A stretch of 62,937 bases of DNA, the filler included. It is 5 parts of 5 records of this genome, joined end to end, with 100 filler letters (N's around TTAATTAATTAA, not from the genome) between each part and the next. Parts side by side here need not be neighbours in the genome. Positions count along the whole stretch, not along the records: positions 1 to 16,237 come from SRR22947725_1661; 4 more parts are not named here. One strand, 5' to 3'. This document shows, one piece after another, positions 1-9,685 of the stretch. The first letter of the stretch is position 1, and each line of letters opens with the position of its first letter. The translations under genes and the position numbers were made by a program. Below the pieces are notes generated by a model, which saw only the letters and a program-made list of their open reading frames with translations, searched no databases and was not told where the DNA came from.

Positions 1-45
1 CCAATTGATTAACAGTCAACTGCTCTACCACTGAGCTACGTCGGA
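1..45 (-). tRNA. tRNA-Asn(GTT), 5' part (3' end outside window)
   Basis: Reverse complement TCCGACGTAGCTCAGTGGTAGAGCAGTTGACTGTTAATCAATTGG: D-arm and anticodon arm with loop CT-GTT-AA. Confidence 0.93.
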
Positions 46-185
46 ATACCATGTACAACGTCTCTATAGCTAAGGCTTTTTTATGCGTCCATAGATTTTT
101 TGCGTTAATTTAAGTTTTTTTTAATTTATTTTAATAAATTGCAGCTTTTCTTGCGTTTTAACTATTCAGTGCGTAGTTTATTTTA

Positions 186-1517
186 ATGTCACAAAAATAT
201 TGGCCTAAAAACTATCTCCCTAAAAGCTTACTTGGCAGATCAATTTTGATTTTAGCTATACCAATATTATTGATACAAGCCATAATAACTGTGATTTTTA
301 TTGATCGACTATACGGTGATGTCACAATTAGCAAAACTACAGATATAGCGCGAGAACTAAACTTCATTTTAAATTCTGAAATAATCGAAAATGATTCTTA
401 CCCATTAAAATACATACATGAGAAAGCGCAGCCATTATCTATTACTGTAAATATTGATGCTGACCCAAAAGAGACACAATTTGAACATACATTTTTTGAT
501 ATTTCTGGTCGTTATTTAATAAAAGCATTAAAATCACAAGTTGTTGGATTAAAATCTATAGATTTAAAATCCGACGAAACAAAAGTTAAGTTAATTGTTT
601 ATCGAGATAATATTAATTTCATCATTAGCTTATCAAGACGGCGAGCAACTGCAGAAAACCCTCATCAGTTACTCGTAGTGGGATTTCTAGCTTCTTGCCT
701 TTTTATAAGCATTGCCGTTTTGTTTTTAAAAAACCAAGTTCGCCCAATAAGAATATTAGCAAAATCAGCAGAGTCTTTTGGTAAAGGTGAAAAAATTTCA
801 TTTTCACCAAGTGGGGCTACGGAAGTTCGACAAGCTGGGCATGCTTTTATATCAATGCAAGCACGTATTGAACGACACTTAGAACAAAGAACCGCCATGC
901 TTTCAGGAGTAAGTCATGATTTAAGAACACCCTTAACTCGCATGAAACTTTCAATAAGTCTTATGGAGAAAGATGATCTACTAGCTGATTTACAGGGTGA
1001 TGTTAAAGAAATGGAAGATATATTAAATGAATTTTTAGCATTTTCACGTGGGGATAGTGGTGAAGAATTCTCAATAGTTGACCCAAAGAAATTAATTAAG
1101 ACACTTATTAAAGAAAGAAAGCGCCTTAATCATAATATATCATTAAATTTAGATAATATTGGTTCAGATAAAATTAAATTTAAATGTAAAGCCTTAGCTA
1201 TAAGCAGAGCAATAAATAATTTACTCTCAAATGCTGCAAAACATTCTGAAAAAACAATTGTTAGCGTAAAATCTACATCAGATACGTTATCATTTATTGT
1301 TGAAGATTCGGGGAAAGGTATCCCAAAAGATTTACGCCAAAAAGCAATAAGACCCTTTGAGAGGCTAGATACATCAAGGAATCAAAATAAAGGTATTGGA
1401 GCTGGATTAGGCTTAGCTATAGTTTCTGACATAGCTAGAAGTCATGGTGGTAAACTAATATTGAACCATAGCAATGACTTAGGTGGATTAAGAGCAGAAA
1501 TACAAATACCCCTTTAA
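186..1517 (+). CDS. EnvZ-like sensor histidine kinase (2 TM, HAMP, HisKA, HATPase)
   Basis: H-box SGVSHDLRTPLTR, N-box NLLSNAAKH, G-boxes EDSGKGIP and GAGLGLAIV. Confidence 0.93.
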   Translation: MSQKYWPKNYLPKSLLGRSILILAIPILLIQAIITVIFIDRLYGDVTISKTTDIARELNFILNSEIIENDSYPLKYIHEKAQPLSITVNIDADPKETQFEHTFFDISGRYLIKALKSQVVGLKSIDLKSDETKVKLIVYRDNINFIISLSRRRATAENPHQLLVVGFLASCLFISIAVLFLKNQVRPIRILAKSAESFGKGEKISFSPSGATEVRQAGHAFISMQARIERHLEQRTAMLSGVSHDLRTPLTRMKLSISLMEKDDLLADLQGDVKEMEDILNEFLAFSRGDSGEEFSIVDPKKLIKTLIKERKRLNHNISLNLDNIGSDKIKFKCKALAISRAINNLLSNAAKHSEKTIVSVKSTSDTLSFIVEDSGKGIPKDLRQKAIRPFERLDTSRNQNKGIGAGLGLAIVSDIARSHGGKLILNHSNDLGGLRAEIQIPL

Positions 1518-1549
1518 ACATTATCTAAATATTTAGGCGGTGGGGTATT

Positions 1550-1626
1550 TGGTAGGCCCGGCAGGACTCGAACCTGCGACCAAAGCGTTATGAGCGCTCT
1601 GCTCTAACCAACTGAGCTACAGGCCC
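1550..1626 (-). tRNA. tRNA with CAT anticodon, most likely tRNA-Ile2 (lysidine)
   Basis: GGGCCTGTAGCTCAGTTGGTTAGAGCAGAGCGCTCATAACGCTTTGGTCGCAGGTTCGAGTCCTGCCGGGCCTACCA; full cloverleaf with encoded CCA; acceptor stem resembles ileX-type rather than fMet. Confidence 0.9.
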
Positions 1627-1733
1627 GCCTGCCCTCCAATTACTTAACCAAATCGACCTGGTCAAGCGACAACACCATTTTAATTTGATCTTTAATACTT
1701 TAAGGAAAAACTAGAGATTCCATGGGGACACCA

Positions 1734-2774
1734 ATGACCAAAAATAAAAGCTTAACATACGCAGATGCGGGTGTAGATATCGATGCCGGCAATACATTAG
1801 TTGAACAAATAAAACCTGCGGCTAAGTCCACTAAGCGGCCTGGCGTAATGGATAGTTTAGGTGGCTTTGGGGCAATGTTCGATTTAAAAGCCGCCGGCTT
1901 TAATGATCCAATACTTGTTTCAGCCACAGATGGAGTTGGTACGAAGCTAAGAATTGCAATTGATACTCAAAATCTAGATACTGTTGGTATTGATCTTGTA
2001 GCAATGTGTGTAAATGATCTTATATGCCAAGGAGCTATACCTCTATTTTTCTTGGATTATTTTGCTACAGGTAAACTAGAAGTTAAAGAAGCATCAAAGG
2101 TTATAAATGGAATTGCAGAAGGTTGCAGGCAAGCAAATACCGCATTAATTGGCGGTGAAACTGCTGAAATGCCAGGTATGTATGATGGTAAAGACTTTGA
2201 TTTAGCTGGTTTCTCAGTTGGAGCAATGGAGCGCGGTGAAACATTACCCAGAAATGTCAAAAGTGGAGATGTGTTAATTGGGCTTCCTTCTTCTGGAATC
2301 CACTCTAATGGATATTCGTTAGTTAGGAAAATTATTGAAAATTCAGGTCATTCTTGGAATGATGATTGTCCATTTGGTGAAGGAACATTAGCTAATCACT
2401 TACTAGAACCAACAAGAATATATGTGAAATCTGCTGTTACAGCCATCAAAACTGGTAAATTAAAAGCTCTTGCTCACATTACAGGTGGCGGATTAACAGA
2501 AAACTTACCAAGAGCATTACCCGAAGGATTAGGTGCGAGTATAAATCTAGATTCATGGAGCAGATTGCCTATATTCAATTGGCTTATAAAAGAGGCTGGT
2601 TTAGAAAATTCTGAAGCTTTAAAAACATTTAATTGTGGAATTGGAATGATAGCTATTTGTTCAGAGAATGATTTAATTGAGGTAATATCAGCATTAAAAA
2701 CCAAAGACTGTTCTCCAATTGTAATTGGCGAAATCATTAATGGTAACGGCGTTAACTATTCTGGCACCCTTTAA
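1734..2774 (+). CDS. purM: Phosphoribosylformylglycinamidine cyclo-ligase
   Basis: LTYADAGVDIDAGN, TDGVGTK, GGETAEMPG, HITGGG; start at 1734 preferred (GGGGA RBS). Confidence 0.97.
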   Translation: MTKNKSLTYADAGVDIDAGNTLVEQIKPAAKSTKRPGVMDSLGGFGAMFDLKAAGFNDPILVSATDGVGTKLRIAIDTQNLDTVGIDLVAMCVNDLICQGAIPLFFLDYFATGKLEVKEASKVINGIAEGCRQANTALIGGETAEMPGMYDGKDFDLAGFSVGAMERGETLPRNVKSGDVLIGLPSSGIHSNGYSLVRKIIENSGHSWNDDCPFGEGTLANHLLEPTRIYVKSAVTAIKTGKLKALAHITGGGLTENLPRALPEGLGASINLDSWSRLPIFNWLIKEAGLENSEALKTFNCGIGMIAICSENDLIEVISALKTKDCSPIVIGEIINGNGVNYSGTL

Positions 2775-3358
2775 TGAAACCTCGGATAGCTATTCTAATA
2801 TCTGGGGGTGGATCAAACATGGTTTCACTTGTAAACTCTATGAAATCAAATAGAATCAATGCTTTACCAGCAATTGTTATATCTAATAATCCAAATGCAG
2901 CTGGATTAAAAAAAGCTTCAGAGCTTGGTGTACCAACAATATCAATTGATCATAAAATATTTAATGGAAATAGAGAAGCATTTGAAGAGACACTAAATAA
3001 TACTCTTCAACGTGAAGCAATTGATATAATTTGCTTAGCGGGTTTCATGAGAATATTAAGTCACTCTTTTATAAACCATTGGGAAAACAAAATTCTAAAT
3101 ATTCATCCATCCCTTCTCCCAAAGTATAAAGGACTTAATACTCACCAAAGAGCTATCGATGCATCAGATAAAATAAGTGGATGCTCAGTTCATATAGTCA
3201 CAAGTGAGTTAGACGGAGGTTTAGTATTAGGACAAAAATCTGTTAACATATCTTCAGATGAAACAGCGCAAACTTTAGCAGAGAAAGTGCTTATAGAAGA
3301 ACATGTATTATATTCAAAAATTTTAGATGATTTTATAAATAATATTTATGTCCAATAA
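2774..3358 (+). CDS. purN: Phosphoribosylglycinamide formyltransferase
   Basis: ISGGGSN, LAGFMRIL, NIHPSLLP; coupled to purM (TAATG). Confidence 0.97.
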   Translation: MKPRIAILISGGGSNMVSLVNSMKSNRINALPAIVISNNPNAAGLKKASELGVPTISIDHKIFNGNREAFEETLNNTLQREAIDIICLAGFMRILSHSFINHWENKILNIHPSLLPKYKGLNTHQRAIDASDKISGCSVHIVTSELDGGLVLGQKSVNISSDETAQTLAEKVLIEEHVLYSKILDDFINNIYVQ

Positions 3359-3385
3359 AAAAAGGGAGACGACGCTCCCTTTTTT
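3358..3385. terminator. Bidirectional rho-independent terminator between purN and ndk
   Basis: AAAAAAGGGAG-ACGACG-CTCCCTTTTTT between convergent genes. Confidence 0.85.
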
Positions 3386-3403
3386 AAAAATTTAGAAAAA
3401 TTA

Positions 3404-3826
3404 TTAACCTACTAATTCAAGACCAGAAAAGAAGAAGCTAATCTCTTCAGCTGCTGTTTCTGGTGCATCTGAACCATGTACAGAATTTTCACCTATTGAA
3501 AGTGCAAATTCTTTACGAATTGTGCCTGCATCTGCTTCAGATGGGTTTGTTGCACCCATTATTTCACGATTGCGTAAAATTGCATTTTCACCTTCGAGTA
3601 CCTGAACAACGATCGGTTCTGAAATCATGAACTCACAAAGTTCTCCAAAAAATGGACGTTCTGAATGAACTCCGTAAAATTCCTGTGCTTGTGCAAGTGT
3701 CAACTGAATGCGTTTTTGAGCAATAACCCGTAGACCACCTTCTTCGAATTTAGCCACAATTTGGCCAACAAGGTTACGTTTTGTTGCGTCTGGTTTTACA
3801 ATTGAAAATGTGCGTTCTAATGCCAT
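3404..3826 (-). CDS. ndk: Nucleoside diphosphate kinase
   Basis: [17 protein letters not shown], catalytic NSVHGSD. Confidence 0.98.
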   Translation of the reverse strand: MALERTFSIVKPDATKRNLVGQIVAKFEEGGLRVIAQKRIQLTLAQAQEFYGVHSERPFFGELCEFMISEPIVVQVLEGENAILRNREIMGATNPSEADAGTIRKEFALSIGENSVHGSDAPETAAEEISFFFSGLELVG

Positions 3827-3951
3827 TTTTATAATCCTTTATGGTAATTTTGAAACTGAATTGGCGATCGAGTAACATATGAAGAATACTTTGGAAAGGC
3901 CTCAATGAATCTAGCGTTGACAGTGTCTACTTCATACGTCATTCCGCATTT

Positions 3952-5823
3952 ATGTTAAAAATAAATGATATTAGTTATTCAATAGCAGGTCGCCAATTAT
4001 TAGCGAATGCATCAGCAACTATACCCTCCGGTCATAAAGTGGGTATAGTTGGAAGAAATGGCACTGGCAAAACGACCCTATTCAAACTCATAACAAATGA
4101 ATTAGGTTTGGATGATGGGAATATTGAAATCCCAAAAAAGATGCGGATTGGTGGAATTGCACAAGAGGCACCTGCATCAGATGATAGTTTATTAGAAACT
4201 GTTCTATCTGCTGATACTGAACGAACTGCACTATTAGAAGAAGCTGAAGTTGCAACAGATCCAAATCGCATTGCCGATATACATGGTAGATTGGCAGACA
4301 TAGATGCATATTCTGCTGAAGCTAGGGCAGCTTCTATTTTATCTGGCCTTGGATTTTCATCTTTAGCACAATCGCGACCTTGCCACGAATTCTCTGGTGG
4401 GTGGAGAATGAGAGTTGCATTGGCTGGCGTTTTGTTTGCACAACCAGACATTCTTATGCTTGATGAACCAACAAATTATTTAGATCTTGAAGGAACAATT
4501 TGGCTTGAAACTTACCTAAAAAAATACCCACATTCAGTATTAATAATTTCTCATGATCGTCAATTATTAAACACTTCTGTAAATGCTATATTACACCTAA
4601 CCGATAAACAATTAACGCTTTATCAAGGTAACTATGATACATTTGATAGCGTAAGAAGAGCTAAACTTGCTGAACAAGAATCTATGGCTCGCAAACAAGA
4701 AGCAACTAGAGAACATTTGCAAAGTTTTGTTGATAGATTCAGAGCAAAAGCTTCAAAAGCAAAGCAAGCACAATCTCGAATTAAGATGCTTGAAAAGATG
4801 GAACCTATTGCGGCAGGCGTAGAGAATTCCGTAGCAGCCTTTGATTTCCCAACACCTGAAGAATTATCACCGCCAATCTTGCGATTAGAAGATACATCAG
4901 TTGGATATGATGAAAAGCCAATTCTAAGAGATCTAAATCTACGCATTGATCAAAGTGATAGAATTGCACTTTTAGGAGCAAATGGTCAGGGTAAGTCAAC
5001 CCTATCAAAACTTTTAGCTGATCGCTTAATGCCAATGAATGGCAATTTGGTAAGGTCATCTAAACTGAAAATAGGATATTTTGCACAACATCAAGTAGAT
5101 GAATTACATCTTGATGAAACTCCTCTTCAACATATAACAAGAGAATTTCCTGGAGAAACTCCATCAAAACTACGCTCAAGGCTAGCAAGAGGTGGAATCG
5201 GGCCCGAACAAGCGCTTACTGAAGTTGGGCGATTGTCAGGTGGCCAAAAAGCACGGTTATCACTTTTATTAGCTACAATAGAAGCTCCACACCTATTAAT
5301 TCTCGATGAACCTACCAATCACTTGGATATTGAAAGCCGTGAATCTTTAGTTTTTGCATTAGCAGCATATGAAGGAGCTGTTATATTAGTCAGCCACGAC
5401 CCTCACCTAGTAAACGCTGTCGCTGATACATTATGGTTGGTAAAAGATGGTGAAGTAAATGTATTTTATGAAGATTTAAATGCTTATAAAAAACTCCTTC
5501 TTTCAGAAAGAGGCTTAGCTGATAAATCTGAAAAACCAAAAAAAAATAAAAAGAAACGATTATCACATGGTGAAAGACGAAAAATTCTCGCACCATTTCA
5601 ATTAGAAGTAACTAAATGTGAAGAACGTTTAAATAAAATATTAATTATTAAAGAAAAAATTGATAAGGCACTGGCAGATCCAAATATCTATACAAATTCA
5701 AATCCTGAGAAATTTGAAAGTTTAAGTATAAAACGAGCTGAGGCAGATGAAGCTATTACAAAAGCAGAAGCTCTTTGGTTATCCGCTGAAGAAAAATTAG
5801 AAAAGGCACGCTTACAGTTTTAA
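3952..5823 (+). CDS. ABC-F family ATP-binding protein (YheS-like)
   Basis: Two ABC domains (GRNGTGKT/FSGGWRMR/LDEPTNYLD; GANGQGKST/LSGGQKAR/LDEPTNHLD), no TM, C-terminal coiled coil. Confidence 0.95.
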   Translation: MLKINDISYSIAGRQLLANASATIPSGHKVGIVGRNGTGKTTLFKLITNELGLDDGNIEIPKKMRIGGIAQEAPASDDSLLETVLSADTERTALLEEAEVATDPNRIADIHGRLADIDAYSAEARAASILSGLGFSSLAQSRPCHEFSGGWRMRVALAGVLFAQPDILMLDEPTNYLDLEGTIWLETYLKKYPHSVLIISHDRQLLNTSVNAILHLTDKQLTLYQGNYDTFDSVRRAKLAEQESMARKQEATREHLQSFVDRFRAKASKAKQAQSRIKMLEKMEPIAAGVENSVAAFDFPTPEELSPPILRLEDTSVGYDEKPILRDLNLRIDQSDRIALLGANGQGKSTLSKLLADRLMPMNGNLVRSSKLKIGYFAQHQVDELHLDETPLQHITREFPGETPSKLRSRLARGGIGPEQALTEVGRLSGGQKARLSLLLATIEAPHLLILDEPTNHLDIESRESLVFALAAYEGAVILVSHDPHLVNAVADTLWLVKDGEVNVFYEDLNAYKKLLLSERGLADKSEKPKKNKKKRLSHGERRKILAPFQLEVTKCEERLNKILIIKEKIDKALADPNIYTNSNPEKFESLSIKRAEADEAITKAEALWLSAEEKLEKARLQF

Positions 5824-5832
5824 ACGTGCCTT
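5803..5832 (-). terminator. Probable terminator for pepA
   Basis: AAGGCACG...CGTGCCTT 8-bp stem, followed by a short T-run on the minus strand. Confidence 0.45.
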
Positions 5833-5860
5833 GTAAAATTTTGAAACAAGTATACTTTAA

Positions 5861-7327
5861 CTATAATTCATATATGTCTGATATCAAACGATTTAAAGAA
5901 CGAACACCCCAACCTGTGGCTCCTTTTGGCGCAAAATCAGTTTCAGATTTAACTGATGCTACACCAGCTATATCCAAGTGAACCCAAGGCATATCATCCT
6001 CAATAAATCGTTGCAAAAATTGCGCTGCTGTTATGGAGCCTGCTGTACGTCCTCCAACATTTTTTATGTCAGCAATCCTAGATTGAATCAATTTGTCATA
6101 GTTTTTACTTAAAGGCATTCTCCATGCCCCTTCAGCCTCTAGACTTGCAGATTTCAAGAAATCATTTGCTAATTTATCATTATTTGAAAAAGCACCTGCA
6201 TTTTCATGACCTAAAGCAACAATTACTGCACCAGTTAAAGTTGCTAAATTTATAATACCAGATGGTTTGTATGTCTTCTGTGCGTACCATAAAACGTCAG
6301 CAAGGACTAACCTTCCTTCAGCATCTGTATTTATAACCTCTATTGTTTCACCTTTCATAGACTTAACTACGTCACCTGGGCGTTGAGCTTTTGCATCTGG
6401 CATGTTTTCTACAAGACCAACCAAGCCAATTATATTTGCTTTTGCTTTTCTAAGGGCGAGTGTTTTCATTACACCGGCCACAACGCCAGCTCCCCCCATG
6501 TCCATTGTCATATCTTCCATACCACCCGCAGGCTTCAATGAAATACCACCTGTATCAAAAACAACACCCTTTCCCACAAGCGCAAATGGCCGTTCATTAC
6601 CACCACCTGACCATTCCATAGTAACAATTTTAGATGGGCTTTCAGAACCCATGCCAACACCTAAGAGTGAAAACATCCCAAGCGCTTCCATGTCAGACTC
6701 TTCTAAAACATTAATTTTTAAACCTAATTCTTCTAATCCTTGAAGCCTGTTTGCAAATTCTGTTGTTGTCAAAACATTAGCGGGCTCATTTACTAGGTCT
6801 CTTGTAAAAAAGACACCATCTACAACAGCACTCAAATCACTATACTCGTCCAGAGTTTTTGACACGTTACTAATATAGACGTTTAACTCACCAAACTCAG
6901 TTTGATTATTTGTTTTATATTCATTAAAATTATAACGCCTCATTGTTATGCCAAAGGATAAATGAGCAGCTCGTGCGTTTGCTGTAACAAATAAATTAAT
7001 ATCTGATTTACCAGATTCTTTTGCAATATTCGCACCGCATTTTTGAGCTACTTCTATTGAAGGACGCTTTTTCATTTTTAATAATAAAACTGCATTAGCT
7101 GACAACCCCAAAGGTGCCGGAAATCGTTGCACATCACCTTCTTCCATTTTTTCAAAAAAATCAGAATCTGCAAATTTTCTAAGAGCACCCTTCATTAATC
7201 TATTTACTCTTTTTGCCGAGGGACCAAAGCTACCAGCAGCATCTGCACAAATCACCACTAAGCCCTTGGCATCAGCAATTGACTGTAAAGAGTGTTCTAT
7301 AAAAGTTGGGTGAATGGGTCTTGTCAT
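5861..7327 (-). CDS. pepA: Leucyl aminopeptidase (M17)
   Basis: VGKGVVFDTGGISLK, DMGGA, NTDAEGRLVLAD. Confidence 0.97.
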   Translation of the reverse strand: MTRPIHPTFIEHSLQSIADAKGLVVICADAAGSFGPSAKRVNRLMKGALRKFADSDFFEKMEEGDVQRFPAPLGLSANAVLLLKMKKRPSIEVAQKCGANIAKESGKSDINLFVTANARAAHLSFGITMRRYNFNEYKTNNQTEFGELNVYISNVSKTLDEYSDLSAVVDGVFFTRDLVNEPANVLTTTEFANRLQGLEELGLKINVLEESDMEALGMFSLLGVGMGSESPSKIVTMEWSGGGNERPFALVGKGVVFDTGGISLKPAGGMEDMTMDMGGAGVVAGVMKTLALRKAKANIIGLVGLVENMPDAKAQRPGDVVKSMKGETIEVINTDAEGRLVLADVLWYAQKTYKPSGIINLATLTGAVIVALGHENAGAFSNNDKLANDFLKSASLEAEGAWRMPLSKNYDKLIQSRIADIKNVGGRTAGSITAAQFLQRFIEDDMPWVHLDIAGVASVKSETDFAPKGATGWGVRSLNRLISDIYEL

Positions 7328-7459
7328 AACAATTTCCTTATATTTGTTATGTCATTTAAACCGATGAATAAATTAGATACAAGGGTACAAATTGCTGTTA
7401 TTATGTTAGTAAATACGTTAATTAATAAATATATAAATAATCAACATATATTGGTAATT

Positions 7460-8587
7460 GTGACAAAACTTGACAGATACTTATTTAAGCAATTGATCGG
7501 ACCATTTGCTTTTTTTTGCTTTATTATTTCTGGCATACTCCTATTAAACCAAGCGCTTGGTATTATTGATATAGTTACTGAAAATGGCCAACCAGCTTAT
7601 ATTGTATTTGAACTAAGCTTTTTAATTTTACCTAAAGTGCTTATAACTGCAATTTCAATTTCTGGATTCATTGCTAGTGTTTTAATTATTAATCGCCTGT
7701 ACAATGAAGAAGAACTTTTAGTAATGATGAGTGTAGGTCGCTCATTCATTGAATTAAGCAAACCATTCTTATTATTTGGCATTCTAATAGCTTCTTTACT
7801 TTTTTTGGTGGTACATAATTTGAATCCATACGCTCATTCAAAATTTATTGACGCTCAAGAAAGAATTAAAAAAGAATATGTAACGCAAATAATTAAACCC
7901 GACCAATTTATTTCGTATCAAAATAAATATACATTCTTTTTTGGGGATAAAGGCAACAATGGAGAATTAAGTGAAATATTAATTGAAGAACAAATAACTC
8001 CTGATACAACACTGACCCACATCGCAAAAAATGGGCAAGTGATTGCAAATAAAGATTCAAACGCTCTTCTTTTGCGAAATGGATCAACACAGAGCTACAA
8101 TAAAGTTTCAGGAACTTTTAGTCTCTTACAATTTGACACATTAGTTTTTGACCTGAACCAATTAAGGAAAGATACAATCTCGAGTGAAAGTAGTTTATCA
8201 AGTTTAAATTCGACAATGCTTAAGAAAAAAATTAGTGCCATGGAAAGCTTTGATCCAAGACTTGGAAGGGCAGTGTCATTATATCATGATAGAAATGCAA
8301 AAGCACTTTTAGCAATGCTTTTTCCATTATTGGGTATGTTAGGATTACTTCTAGGGGGGTTTAACCGTTCTGGATATTTAATTAGGATTGTATCATGTAT
8401 TTTAATTATGGCTAGCTTGGATCTTTTACGTGGTGCTAGTAAATCTTGGGTAGTTGAAAATCCACTTATATGGCCTGCACAATACTTATCACCATTATTA
8501 TGTACATTTATTATTGCATTAATAATATGGTTTGTTTCGACCAAGACAACTGGATTAATCAAAATAAATAGCAAGGTGTCAGTATGA
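7460..8587 (+). CDS. lptF: LPS export permease LptF
   Basis: Likely GTG start at 7460 (MTKLDRYLFKQL); YjgP/Q architecture; position in pepA/lptFGD cluster. Confidence 0.88.
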   Translation: MTKLDRYLFKQLIGPFAFFCFIISGILLLNQALGIIDIVTENGQPAYIVFELSFLILPKVLITAISISGFIASVLIINRLYNEEELLVMMSVGRSFIELSKPFLLFGILIASLLFLVVHNLNPYAHSKFIDAQERIKKEYVTQIIKPDQFISYQNKYTFFFGDKGNNGELSEILIEEQITPDTTLTHIAKNGQVIANKDSNALLLRNGSTQSYNKVSGTFSLLQFDTLVFDLNQLRKDTISSESSLSSLNSTMLKKKISAMESFDPRLGRAVSLYHDRNAKALLAMLFPLLGMLGLLLGGFNRSGYLIRIVSCILIMASLDLLRGASKSWVVENPLIWPAQYLSPLLCTFIIALIIWFVSTKTTGLIKINSKVSV

Positions 8588-9684
8588 CATTAGCAATATA
8601 TTTTGGAAAAAGATATTTAATCTCATTTATACGTGTCTTTTTAAGTATTGTTTTACTTGTATTATTATTTGATTTTTTGACGAACCTTAACAGACTAAAT
8701 GGAATAGAAGCACAAATATGGAATGCATTAATTTTAAGTTTTTTACGAACTACGACTTATTTGTCATTAGCCATGCCATTAATTATTATGCTATCGGCCT
8801 TGGCTTTTAGTGTCAGCCTAAGTAGATCAAACGAGTTTATCATACTACGTGCATCTGGAGTATCAGCCTTAAAAGGTTTATTTTCAGTAATATTTAGTGC
8901 GTTTCTTTTAGGATTAATGTCAATATTTATACTAGATCCACTCGCTGGGAAAATGATTGGATATTATGATATAAAATTAGATAAACTTCGCAGCAAAGAA
9001 CAATCTCAAGTATTAATCAATGATAATGGATATTGGATGCGACAGGCCACATTAAATGGTCATCAAATCATCAAGGCGGTGAATGTATCCAATAACGGGC
9101 AAAGATTACACCACGTAACAATATTTAATTATGATGAAAATGGGCTAGTTACAGAGCGTTTTTTTTCTGAAAGTGCGGCATTGAAAAATAATGAATTATT
9201 ACTAACAAACACAATAAAATGGTCAGATTCTAAAATCAAAAAAAATCCTATTATTGCAAACGAAAAAATTAAAAAATTAAACATTAAAACTGAAATAACT
9301 CCTACTCAGCTATTGGATGGATATGCTTCACCTGAAACTATTTCGCCATGGAATATGAACAAACAAATTAAGAAAGTTAAATCTTCTGGGTTTTCAGTAT
9401 TAAAATATCAATCAAAAAAAATGGAACAATATGCTAGGCCTTTTCTATTTATCGTTATGGTCATTTTAGGAACTGTTTTTACTTTGCAAAACTCACGATC
9501 ACGAAATATTGGAATTTCAGTTGTTTTGGCTGTTGCTTCAGGGTTTTTTCTGCATTTTTTTCAAAACTTTTGTACAACTCTTGGTCGATCAGGCGAAATT
9601 CCATTGATTGTTGCCACTTGGAGTCCGATTATTTCAATAGGCCTTATAGCAATGACATTATTTTTACATTATGAAGATGGGTAA
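8584..9684 (+). CDS. lptG: LPS export permease LptG
   Basis: MTLAIYFGKRYL, LSRSNEFIILRASG, C-terminal LHYEDG. Confidence 0.9.
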   Translation: MTLAIYFGKRYLISFIRVFLSIVLLVLLFDFLTNLNRLNGIEAQIWNALILSFLRTTTYLSLAMPLIIMLSALAFSVSLSRSNEFIILRASGVSALKGLFSVIFSAFLLGLMSIFILDPLAGKMIGYYDIKLDKLRSKEQSQVLINDNGYWMRQATLNGHQIIKAVNVSNNGQRLHHVTIFNYDENGLVTERFFSESAALKNNELLLTNTIKWSDSKIKKNPIIANEKIKKLNIKTEITPTQLLDGYASPETISPWNMNKQIKKVKSSGFSVLKYQSKKMEQYARPFLFIVMVILGTVFTLQNSRSRNIGISVVLAVASGFFLHFFQNFCTTLGRSGEIPLIVATWSPIISIGLIAMTLFLHYEDG

Positions 9685-9685
9685 G

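Noticed and set aside
7292-7459. Long N-terminal extension of LptF in the ORF track
   Set aside because: Overlaps divergent pepA start and AT-rich promoter DNA; homology begins at GTG 7460.
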